A program made the position numbers and the translations under genes. The notes under the pieces were generated by a model. It searched no databases. It had not been told where the DNA came from and saw nothing but the letters and a program-made list of their open reading frames with translations. A DNA stretch of 60,407 nucleotides, the filler included, from Platydemus manokwari (Eukaryota), in the NCBI GenBank assembly GCA_037951405.1. It is 5 parts of 5 records of this genome, joined end to end, with 100 filler letters (N's around TTAATTAATTAA, not from the genome) between each part and the next. Parts side by side here need not be neighbours in the genome. Positions count along the whole stretch, not along the records: positions 38,619 to 49,088 come from JBBMOY011131329.1; positions 49,189 to 60,407 come from JBBMOY010833312.1; 3 more parts are not named here. One strand, written 5' to 3'. This document shows positions 39,685-51,321 of the stretch, in pieces (the first letter of the stretch is position 1; the number at the start of each line of letters is the position of its first letter).

Positions 39685-40214
39685 ACTAAACTCATTGCCT
39701 CGAAACATGGTCACGAAAAGGATAAAATTGAAATCGGTGCTGGTGGAGCTACTGTCAAATCTAGTCTTGCTCATCCTTACCAAAATAAGCCTCATGGTCA
39801 TCACCATGGTCATAGTCATGATTTAAGCTCTCTGAAAGCTATTGCTTATACTGTCATAGCAGGTGATGGTCTTCATAATTTCTGTGATGGCATTGCAATT
39901 GGGGCTGCTTTTGCAAATGATATCAGAGGAGGTTTTTCAACGGCCATTGCTGTTTTGTGTCATGAATTACCCCATGAACTTGGTAACATTATAATCTCAT
40001 TTTGTTATTTTAATCAATGATCCCAGGTGATTTTGTTGTTCTTCTCCATGCTGGCATGTCTTTGAGGACTGCTATTTTCTATAATTTAATGTCTAGCATT
40101 TTCTGTGCCATCGGGATGATTATTGGTGTCCAGTTGGGAAAATTACCATCGATATCCAGTTGGGTATTTATGCTCACTGCCGGGATGTTTCTTTACATAG
40201 CTTTAGTGGATATG
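39685..40214 (+). CDS. LIV-1 subfamily ZIP (SLC39A) zinc transporter, two internal exons (partial gene)
   Basis: Exon 39685-39982 has the His-rich loop HGHHHGHSHD, GDGLHNFCDGIAIGAAF and AVLCHELPHELG. A 44-nt intron follows, then exon 40027-40214 (DFVVLLHAGM...AGMFLYIALVDM|GTAAAT). The 5' exons and last exon were not found in the window. Confidence 0.93.
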
Positions 40215-40599
40215 GTAAATTGTTTTCCTTTTATTTATAAATTCCACTATTATTATTATTTTTATTTAAATCTATTTCCCGACGAAAATTGCGATAATTT
40301 ATTTAAAGATTTTATATCTTTTTAATGTTGTTACTGTTATTATTTATTGATTTGTTATGACCAGATTATTTTATCATTATATTTGGATGGATATTTCAAA
40401 AGATCTCTTACTGATAGCTGACTACATTTTTACCAATCATCATTTATCAGTCATTACCATGTTATTAATAAGCCATTTTATTGACGATTATTATTTAATT
40501 GTAAATATTATCGAAATATGGTCTATTTCCGCAAATGTCATTTTAAAAGATTTGATTATATTTGCTCGCATGGAATAATATATGACTATCATTGTTAGA

Positions 40600-41010
40600 T
40601 GGATGTATTATTATGCTATCATTTATATAATGATGTTATTGTTATTACATAAATATTATTATCATCATTATTATTATTATTGTTTTTGTTATTATTGTTA
40701 TAATCAATATTATTATTATTATTATTATTATCATTATTATTATCATCAATATTATGCTTATTATTTTTGTTTTTATCATTATTATTGTTATTATCGATAT
40801 TATTATCATTATTATTAATATCATTATTATTATTGTTTTTGTTATTATCAATATTATTATCATTATTATTAATATTATCATTATTATTATCATTTTAATC
40901 ATTACCATTATTATTATCATTATCATCATTATTATAATTATTATTATTGTTTTTATCATTATTATTGTTATTATTGATATTATTATCAAGATTATCATTA
41001 TTATTATTAC
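40600..41010. repeat. Compound (ATT/ATC/GTT)n microsatellite
   Basis: Long imperfect triplet array that produces spurious poly-Ile and poly-Tyr ORFs. Confidence 0.95.
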
Positions 41011-42540
41011 TTAAACTTATTCTTGGTAGTTATTCGATAACCTTCACATTTCTCTAAACAAATATTCGAAAGTGATGCACATCGTAACACAATCGTTCAT
41101 TTGATACATTAAAATATACATAAGCCATACAAAAACATTTTAACATATAAACTTTGTTTATTTAACTATTAATGTTGCATTTGTTAAGCAAATCATAATA
41201 AACTGAAATGTGAGAATTTTTCTTAACGCAAACCGGGTTGTAGTAATTAAGTTGAATACATATGTCTCCATACGAATTTGTTGATTTCTGAGACAGTTTG
41301 TTCACAATCCATCATTATTAGAATCTTTAAAATAACATCGTGTGAATGAATGTCGGATGAATTACATGTTCGAATTACATATGTTCTTTGTGAAATGATC
41401 TGCTTTTAAATGAATGAAAATACCATGACAACATTTTCGAAAGAACGTACATTATCATTATTTATTTATCCCAAATATATCAAGCGAAATGGCCAAGTAT
41501 GAGTATTTATTGAATACAAAATATGGCAATTATTGAATTATATTGTGCAGAAGATGATAATAAAGGAAAATAGTGTGTGATCTAACATGTAATAATCTTT
41601 AGCGGGTTCTTGTGATAAAATTATTTTGTAATTAGTCTAGTTATCTTATATTCAAATTTAATGCTTTTGATTCGAGAATCAATCGAAATAATATGTAGTC
41701 AGCATCTTATATTATTTTTCTATTGGTTTGATTTACCTGAAAACTATTTCCTATCTTCGATACCAATAAATTGACACTTTCAACATTGATCAATTAAATA
41801 TTTAATCTGAATCATGTCATTATGTGAAAGAAATTATAATTGTTGTTTTTAATTTCCGTTATTGGGGGTTGTTTTATTGAATTTATTTTTAGTTCAAGTG
41901 ATTATCGCACACATTATCTATTTAAAATTGAATTTGTTTATTTTACTGTTTCTATTGTAAGGATATATATATATATATACTCCGGAATCAAAAAGATTAT
42001 TTTAATTGAATATAGATTTTAAAATATGGATCCGTTTCTAATTCCTTTTGATTAAAAAGGTAATATAATTGATTTTTTGCACTCAAAGTCCAAAATAACT
42101 TCAATTATTAATAACAAAGTTGATATTTTCTTTAGCTATTATTATCAAACTCACAATTACACAAAATAAATTGAAATTTGTTAGTGGCTAACACTTCATC
42201 GCTTTTTAGATTATATTCAAAACTCATATTTAAGTATAAAAAAATATATTTTCATATTAAATATTATTTAAACAAATATTCCTTCTTTTTTAAAAATTTC
42301 ACTCAATACAAAAAAATATTCTTTTAAACTCGTTTTTTAAAATTTATGAATGATTTTTAAAAATAATTTTGAGAGGTTACACAGTAACGGTCTGACCTAT
42401 ATAAATAGTAAATATTTGTTAATTAATTAAAAATATTCTTTGTTTTTAATTTTTAAATTTAATTTAACAAATTAAATTTAAAATAATCCGATTAAAATTT
42501 TAATCCTCACAATATCTGTTAACATAAACAATTTAATCTC

Positions 42541-42653
42541 TCAGATGCTCAAAGGATTCTCCTTCAACACTGCAACATTCTTCAAATCTCTCCAGGACAT
42601 TCTGGCACACACACACACTTTAATGACTGTAAACCTACTTTTGGGACACCCTG
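42541..42653 (-). mobile_element. Short remnant of a second rosa/Tc1-like element
   Basis: The reverse complement begins TA-CAGGGTGTCCCAAAAGT (TIR-like) and runs into NVLERFEECCSVEGESFEHL, a typical C...G..FEHL transposase C-terminus. Confidence 0.6.
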
Positions 42654-42914
42654 TATATAATAATCAAATAAAAATGTAATTATTTTTGTTCAATATGTTT
42701 CAAAGTTCAGTAATATTTATATATTTTCTAATATCAGACAAGGATCCGTTTAAATATGGGGCAATCACAAATTTAATTGTTGAAATTCGGCCCTTGTGTC
42801 AAACATTTATAATTTTATTTTTACTCGGAATTAATTTAATCCAATCCTGGAAATATAATTCGTCGCCTTTCAACATAAATATTTAATATTTACTGCAATT
42901 GTATTGATTATAAC

Positions 42915-44804
42915 ATTTCAGCCTCCTTCATTATATTAATTCACTTTTTCGTTTATTTGCTGTTCCTTTCATGGTTTTGATGAATATTATGTCTAGAAAA
43001 AAGAAATTGTGGATTTGATAAAAATTAATTAATTAGCTTGTCATTTTATTACAAGAAAGTCACTGGATAATTTTTCTAGCTTACATTCGCTATTAGTTGT
43101 TGTTGTGGTTGTTGTTTTCCTGGCTCCTGATAACTGCTTTAATAATCAGTAATGGGATTTTCAGCAAGAATATTCTTAGTTTTCTCATCAATCATTTATT
43201 ATGTCTATGAAGTATATTTTTTTAATAGAAAACGAACCAATTTCATGATGCAGTCATTCAGAAATAAAACTATATCTTGAGTTCTTGTTTAAACCCGGGT
43301 GTAATAAAAATTACATAATGACATATTAATGTCGATCAGTTATTTCATGGATTTGATTATTTAGCTGGGAGAAGAAAATTGTTATTATTAGCTTGAATTT
43401 TTGTGAACAATAAATTTGGTTTTTGGTCTTTTTACGCTTTGAATCTAATGATATTATCATAAGATATCAAATAATACGAAAATATTTGAAATTTCATTGA
43501 AAAAAGCAGTATTTATCTATTATTATAATCACCAAATCTTTGTCGATATAGTAAAACAATAATATTACCTGATCGTATTGAGAAAGTTATTTTATTACAG
43601 ATTCTAGGAAAACAATCGCTAAAAATTGGAAGAAAGTTTTACACTGATTATTCGTTGGTTTTTTAGTGGATTCACGTGAAACAATAGGTATTATGAATTT
43701 AGAAATTTACTGATGCACTAGTATGGCTTGATCGTATTTTCAAACATATTACATCAAAAAAGCTTTAAAAACAACGAACTCAATAAATATAATTATTTTG
43801 TTTAATATGTTTCTTTGACAAACATGATTTATGTCAGTGGTTTTTAAACAAACGGCTGCACGAACCAATTTTTCGTTTGATTGTCTTAGATCTTTAGAAT
43901 AGGATAACTAAACCAGACCTAGAAAGTACATTGTTATTCATGACATTGCCAAACATCGGACCTAATACTCAAAAGTATTTTCTACGAGATTCCATCACTA
44001 GATGGCCGATACGTAAAAAGAAATAAAATAAAAGTTAAGAATTTCAATATTTTTCAACATATTTACGGGTATTATTTACAAGACATTTTAAGAATAAGAT
44101 TAGTGGCACGTGGCTACGCGACGAACTGTGTGTTTATAAAGGATTTCATAACCAGAACAAGATCTTGGTAACTGGTAACTGGCTTGCAAAAAAATAAAAG
44201 AATAAAATGTTTTAATAGAGATGATTATATAAATAATAATAATTACTCAATGTCAATTATAAATATAGATAAACAAAAACATCAACAAAATAATAAAATG
44301 TTTTAATAGAGATGATTATCGACAAATAATTACTCAATATCAATTATAAACGTAGATAAACAAAAACATCAATAAAATAATGAAAATATATTGAGTTACA
44401 AGCTGAATATATTGATGTACATAACATCTGATTTTAATCGGATTAAATTATGGAATATTCATGAAGTTTCATGATTAAACCCAGAAATGGGCATAAAAAT
44501 TTTGCAAACCATAGATAGATCTATTTAAAAAGAAATCAATACAAAAGTGTATTATCAATATTTCAATATTCTCCGTGAAATAAAATTAAAACAATTGTTT
44601 AATCAAATCCAACGATAAATTACCTTTGTAATTGTTAGAGTAGTCATAATTGTTATTAACTGGAGAAACCGCTGTCAAATATGAGTCTGAGTATGATATG
44701 TCAACATGTTTTGATGGTTGTGATAACTCGCCTATTGTAACATCAGGAATTATTAAATCTCTCTTTTCATTGCCTGAACTATAAAAACGTATTCGAGTTG
44801 AATT
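42915..44804 (-). pseudogene. Phase-consistent exon chain of an unknown, Gln-rich gene; downstream exons carry in-frame stops
   Basis: Exon 44804-44624 is fully open (NSTRIRFYSSGNEKRDL...YDYSNNYK, G|GTAATT). It is followed by 43603-43569 (ESVIK*LSQYDQ|GTAATA), 43204-43085 (T**MIDEKTKNILAENPITDY*SSYQEPGKQQPQQQLIAN|GTAAGC) and 42992-42915 (T*YSSKP*KEQQINEKVN*YNEGG*N). All have pyrimidine-TAG acceptors and there are no frameshifts. Confidence 0.5.
44201..44380. repeat. Imperfect tandem duplication, ~90-bp unit, 2 copies
   Basis: AATAAAATGTTTTAATAGAGATGATTAT...AGATAAACAAAAACATCAA occurs twice head-to-tail. Confidence 0.9.
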
Positions 44805-45589
44805 CTAAAAGAATTAAAAATGGATTAATTGCAATATGAATATAAGTTTATTATTTTTATCAGAGTTTGAAGCCGAAAAATTTAAATTATTAAACGAATT
44901 TTCAATATTTAGACTAATCGATATCACAATATATTATTATTGTTCATGTACCAGATTTGTGATAAATGATCAAATCATCTGGCAATTTATTTATGGGGCT
45001 ATGGCCACCATAGGTGAAAAAAATCACAGTATTTATTGATTATTTTCAAATAATCCTTATTATTATACTTGTGACGATATGAAAAAACGCAAGATAAATA
45101 ATTGTTTCATTTTATAAAACTTAATTAAAACAAGTGTGCATATGATAATTCATTTCAGCTAAATGTGATGCAATAGCTTTCAAATTGTAATGTCAATTGA
45201 TAAGATACTTCTGAATTAGGCATTTATAAAAACATTGCTTTATTGGTGTAAATTCTCTGAAAATTACCCTATAAAAAGCGGCATACTGGCTCAAATTCTG
45301 ACGGTGAGGAATTATAAATCACCATGTTGCAAAATCATTGATAACGAATAGAAATTATATCTATTTTGTTGATTAAGTTTTAGATGCCATAGTAATCTTC
45401 TGAAAATCTCCAAGAATCTCATGTCTGTATCATAAACAATCCGAAAAATGCAAATTAAAATTATTCTGAACCATATCCCATGACATATGGTAATTATATT
45501 TATTATACACCAACTGAATTAATCAGAAACCCATTATTTGAATGTAGTACACGTTATATATGCGTGTCATTAATGAAAGTAACATTAAC

Positions 45590-45950
45590 CATGTAAGACG
45601 CTACTATTTTAAAAAAAATCACGCATTGAAATCGAACTGAAATGTCCCGACATCAATCTATGTTTTTATATAATTTATATAAACAAATTAAGGTAATGTG
45701 GAAAACTTGAATTAAATCTCTCTTTCTTTCAAATCTTTGGCATTGCATCGAATACTCTACATATTTATCGACATAAAAATCTCGTCTATCTTTATATATT
45801 CTCTACATATTCTCTATACTCCATCCTTCTCTTCCATACATTTCAGTCCCTGATCTCAGAAACGTATCCAGATGCGTGGTCGCCATGTAAGGCGCTACTA
45901 TTTTATAAGGCATGCGTTGAAAACGAACTAAAAAGTCCCGACACCAAATT
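45590..45950 (-). repeat. SINE-like repeat family, two adjacent copies (one partial)
   Basis: CATGTAAG(A/G)CGCTACTATTTTA...GAACT(G/A)AA(A/T)..TCCCGACA occurs at ~45590-45655 and ~45885-45945. The second copy extends into ...ATCCAGATGCGTGG and a pyrimidine-rich tail. Confidence 0.65.
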
Positions 45951-47439
45951 ATATATTAAAATACAATTATATAAATAAATTAATATTATTTTATATAAAA
46001 CTTGGATTAAATATTTTCTTCATCAAATTCTCACGAACCATTTAGTCACAAACCGTTTATTGTCTTCATTTGAACGATTGTCAATTACGTGAGATTGGAA
46101 TTAGAAAAAGGTCAAATTGACAAACTCATGATTGAAATTTTCTAATAATGAACATCTTTCTATCAACGATGGAATTACCAGACTTATCAAATTTGATAAG
46201 AATATGGTCAATGGATACGAAATTCCTATGTTTACCACACTTTAGTTCATGATTTCAATTGTGAATTGCCAAACGTTCACCTACAGAAATGAAATTGAAA
46301 TTTGATAACGAAGGTGGCCTCAAAATAAAGATCCGTCCAATAGACGATGATATTTTCATGAAAGAAATATCGAAATAATTGGCCTTTTAACATTTGAACG
46401 AATGGAATATAAACCAAATTGGTTTTTCAGGAATCATGTGTACATTTTGCTCTATGTTATGCCATCGACAATTATACAGAAAAGTCCCAACGTATTAATA
46501 ATCTCTAAAAATTCCTCTAATTAAAAATAAATTCAAATAATGCGACTTTCTCGTTAATCTTCAGAAATAAAAAATATCCAAATCATAACGTTAAATTTTG
46601 GATCTATTTGCATTAACACAATAAAAATTTCCGAAGAAAAATCAAAATTAATAAAAAATATTTTGTGATAAATTAATAATGAATGATTTATAAATCTAAA
46701 CCAGTGGTCTTCACACTTTGTGTGTTGTGACTCACTTGACGAGTCCAATTTTTTTCGCGACTCCTAATGACTAAAATAAAAATAATAAAGTAAATTTATT
46801 AATAAAAAAATTTCATCACCAAAAATTAAAATATATTTAATAATAACAACGATTTTGCATATTCTGGCATAAAACATCAAATCTTGGCTCTATTTTGATG
46901 ATGGCTGGTCTCAATACCACTTCTAGATCTTTAAAATTCGATCAATATTTTTTCTTAATATAATTCAGTGTTGGTCATGAGTCTGGTGGCCACTAATTTA
47001 TAAAGCACGCCTTGAAAACGAATCGAAGCCACGACACAAAATTATATTTAACTACAATTATGATCTTGATATTTGTGAAGCCGAAAATTCGTTTTTATAA
47101 ACCAATGATATATCCCAGAAAATATCCTCCTATCTCTTATAATGATTGTCAAAGTCTAAAATTCTGGAAAAATGTTCGAAACATTTCAGACTAAGCAGAA
47201 AGATATTATTTTTCTCGTCGTTCATTGGAAGAAATTGTGTCTCAAATGTCCCAGGGACATTGATAAACATTTCTTTAAATACTTATAATTATTTTTTTCT
47301 AAATTAATTTTTATCTCTACTTTTTCTTAATTGTTCTTGTGAGTATTTTCAAATTTAAATTTCAAAGATTTTATAAATTTATATCAAAGCATATTAATTT
47401 GTTTTTATAACTGTAGATAAATATAATTTTGCGTTATGA

Positions 47440-47650
47440 TTTTTCATTTGGTTACCAACGCGCTCTTTATGGAACAGTAGCAGCTTGTACAGAAGCCACG
47501 CATCTGGATTCGATTCTGAGAAGTTCAATGACTGAAAATTACAGAAGAGAATGTATAGAAAAAATGTAACGAAGATATAGAGAAGTTATAGAAATGATAA
47601 AGCGAAGGTAATAAGGAGATATAAAACAGAAAGGAGAAATAGAAATTTAC
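47440..47650 (+). repeat. SINE-like repeat family, further copy
   Basis: CCACGCATCTGGATTCGATTCTGAGA (B-box-like 47506-47516) matches the reverse complement of ~45855-45880. A purine-rich tail follows. Confidence 0.65.
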
Positions 47651-49088
47651 AATTTGACATATTTTAATGGAATTTGAATAGCAGACTAAGAACATAAAGG
47701 GGTTTTTATTGAGGATTTATTTTTTTGTAACATTTGTTTTCAATGAGGATGACTCTAAAGTTAGAAAAGGTTATTAATTTTGTTATAAATGTTGATTCAC
47801 CAAGACTCATTATATCATGTCCCATATAGGTATTAGCGCAGAAAATCTAATTAAGTGCATCGTAATTTCCGGGAAATTATAATTTGTTATTATTCTGATT
47901 TATAATTATTTGATATATTGGGCCATCTTATTGTCTAGATATCCAATATATACATTGAAAAGTTCATAAAACAACTCCTTACAACCTGTGCCTAAAATAT
48001 ACATTTATATTTCTAATATTGCTATTTTTAGAAACCTATGTCATACTTCATCAATTTTATAATTCTTTTAAAATCAGATTAAAAAATCACGAAATTTAGT
48101 TCAATAATAATTATTATTATGATAATTATATTACGCTTTTAATTCAGCCAATAATTGCGGAATGTTTATTATTTCTGTAAAATAACGTTATTAAACATCC
48201 ATACGTACGTGCTTGGGTGCATTTGACTGGCCGTTAAAATATTTATTTAATAATTTTTTGTTATTTATATTTATAAAACTATTGGAAAGAGAAAAGGAAA
48301 CGTGTCCTTATCAGTTACCTAACAATGAATAGTAAACAGATAAAGCTAACGTTATCTGACATTATCCATAATGAGTTTGTCATTCAATATCGCAAATAAC
48401 TTGTAATATAAGTTGGAGATTAAATCGGAAAAGTTAATTATATTTACGGCAATTGTTTTGTAAAGCAAAAGATCCGTCAATCAAACTGTGTTTATCATTA
48501 ATTGTATTCATAAAGGAAAACAAATCCTACAAAGTTGTTTTTCAAAATTTAACGAACAAATCATTTCATAATCCAGTATATCAAATCGCACTTATTATTT
48601 TGAACATTATTTTTTTTCATTAAAATCGTAATTGGTCTCATTATATTGTTAGACAAAAATTCACTAAATGCAAGAACAATAAATATTTCATTACCCGTTT
48701 CTTATTAATATACACGTTTTACTTATTATTTAAGCGTTCCTTAAAAATTAATATCAATTATTGTTCTCTGCATTAAAGAAATTAAAGGAAATTATCGTTA
48801 CTTGCAAATATGAAGGATGAAAGAAATATTAATAAGCTAGAAAAATGATGGATAAAAATAAACGTGGATCTAATTAATTGAGAAAAGAACTTTGAATCAG
48901 TTTAAAGAAATTATTATTTTTGTCAATAAAAAGACATTGTAATTGTATAGTGATAAATCATATTCTTTATTTTCAAGGTTAAATCATTAATTAAGTCCAA
49001 TATGTTAATTTGAATTAAATTATAATTTAGGACAAAAAATAGTGAATAAGATATTTTAAAATTAACCTTTGAATTAAATGAGTTAATT

Positions 49089-49188
49089 NNNNNNNNNNNN
49101 NNNNNNNNNNNNNNNNNNNNNNNNNNNNNNNNTTAATTAATTAANNNNNNNNNNNNNNNNNNNNNNNNNNNNNNNNNNNNNNNNNNNN
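49089..49188. other. Artificial gap/linker 4
   Basis: 44N-TTAATTAATTAA-44N. Confidence 0.98.
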
Positions 49189-50014
49189 TACTCACATATT
49201 TATACTCATTGATATTAATTATTATTCACTGATTAATGTACTTTATTTCTTATTTCTTATGAATCAGTTGCATTATTACAATATGGCAGAAGCAGCTGGT
49301 GATGTTAAAGTTTCGCTTGCGAATATTGTTTATAGTTAGCCATGCAATTGTGTTCTAGAATAGTGCCAAAGATTGCTAAGAATTTCAGCGACATTTAAAT
49401 CGTGCACCACCAGTCAGGACAACAGTGTAATACTGGAAACAGTAATTTGAAGAATCTGGAAATTTATTCACTAGGTTGTGATCAGAAGATCGACAGATGA
49501 AATCATGAATAAAAAGGTTGTCCTTCATTGGAAATGACAATCAATATTGGTATCAACTAGATGATGCCCCGCCTTATTTCAGTATTCCAGCATGGCAATA
49601 GCTTGATCAACATTTTCTACAGCAATGGATTGGTTGTAGATAACCAAAGGAATTGTCACCAATATCTTCAGACCTCACGATATTGGAGTTTTGTCTATGG
49701 AGCTGTATCAAAGATCGAGTTTATGCAATCCATAACACTCGACGAACTTGAAGAAGCAGCTTCACATGAATTAATACACAACAATCAAGAAGTCGTCCGT
49801 AAATGTTATTCAAGCTTCAAGAAACGATGCAATCTCTGTTTGGAGCAAGATGGTGAACATTTTGAACAGTTGCTATGAAATTGCTTATTATTTACCGTCA
49901 TTTGTTCTTACTGTTATCGTGTTTTGTTGTGCATTAAAGTAAATCAATACATTTAGTATGTTCTTACAGTTGTTTTATTTTAGCTTTGGAGATGGAGATT
50001 TATGAATCGCACAG
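49189..50014 (+). mobile_element. rosa-like Tc1/mariner element, copy C (5' end lost in gap; retains the transposase C-terminal part)
   Basis: The 5' part is homologous to copies A and B. Frameshifted WIGC...LSPISSDLTILEFCLWSCIKDRVY resembles WIGR...WPPRSPDLTP.DF.LWG..K..VY. The C-terminus reads KRCNLCLEQDGEHFEQLL*. The right TIR ...GATGGAGATTTATGAATCGCACAG is followed by TA. Confidence 0.88.
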
Positions 50015-50170
50015 TATATTGTGAGAATTTTAAATTATATCAATTTGTTTAAATAAATATATTTAAAGAAATAATCTGGTGTCGTGACTTTTCAGTTAGT
50101 TTTAATGAGTGGATTTTGACCTAGTAGTGGCTTACATATATAATTTATTTTCTTCATTAAGAATGACACA

Positions 50171-50242
50171 GTAACCGAAGAACATCTAAATGCAGAGAAT
50201 GGCGAAGTAACCGAAGAACATCTAAATACAGAGAATGACGAA
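50171..50242 (+). repeat. 36-bp tandem repeat, 2 copies (in frame, VTEEHLN[A/T]EN[G/D]E)
   Basis: GTAACCGAAGAACATCTAAAT(G/A)CAGAGAATG(G/A)CGAA occurs twice with 2 mismatches. Confidence 0.95.
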
Positions 50243-51176
50243 GTTCATGTTTATTATAAATATAAATGATGTTTAACACAATCATTATATTAGATTTGTC
50301 TACTGGAACAAGAAATAATCATTCTGGAAGATCCAACCGAATTTGATGTAAACACCGAGGTTCGTTTAATCGATATTTCACAATATTTCTATTATTATTG
50401 TTTTACACATCATAATTTAATCAAATGGTAAAATTATAATAAATATAATGAGAAAAAATAATAATAGAAATATTTTTTCATTTTTGAAAGTCGATAGCTA
50501 TCATATTTCAAGTTATCATAACATAAAATCAGCTCTCAAATTGTCCTTGACCCTTCGTAGTGATTATTATTATTTCACATCAATATAATCATGGTAGTTG
50601 TTATTATCTTTATCATTACTATATCATAATAATAGAAGTACTCCTTTTGATTTTTACTGAATATACTAAAACCTTTTTATTGTTAATATCAATAAAATAT
50701 AACAAACTAAAAAATATATTCAACAAAACAAAAGAAAGAAATTTGAATTCACGTAGAGATAAATTGAAAAAATACCAAGCCATATAGAAGAGCCAGTTAT
50801 TCAAAGATTTCCAGACATTTCGTTCTCATGCAATGTAATATACGCTAAAATTATTGACAATGTTATTAAATTAAATTTATTTTGTTTTAATGAATTGATA
50901 TTTGATATAAATTTATAACGAATGTATTACGCGATATAGTTGGACCTTTCAAGAAATTCAATCACATTTAATATTATTCTAAATAATTGATTTACTCTAC
51001 GATTTCTACAAAAATCAAAGCAATCAATTATTTTATTGATAGAACGAAATAAAATAAAATAAATAAATGTTATTTAAAATCACATGTACACTCGATGTGA
51101 GTAATTTATGGACTCAGACAATTATTTGCAGTACTGATAATTTACGTCTTTCCATAAAATCAAAACGATAACTCAC

Positions 51177-51321
51177 CTAATATGATGAATCCATATCATT
51201 TTGGAGCTCATTAAGGATAAAATACGCATCTTGCTTTTTAGGGTAATTTTTGAAGATTAAGCTCATTAATATGTCTGAATATGGCATTGGTACAACCGGG
51301 ATATAATAATATTGATTGAAA
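51177..51321 (-). other. Isolated exon-like segment ending TAG|GTGAGT
   Basis: CAG acceptor, open frame FNQYYYIPVVPMPYSDIL...NDMDSSY*, with the stop immediately followed by a consensus GTGAGT donor. It is not in phase with the last IP3R exon found. Confidence 0.3.

Noticed and set aside
40582-41014. Poly-Ile and poly-Tyr ORFs
   Set aside because: They are translations of the ATT/ATC microsatellite.
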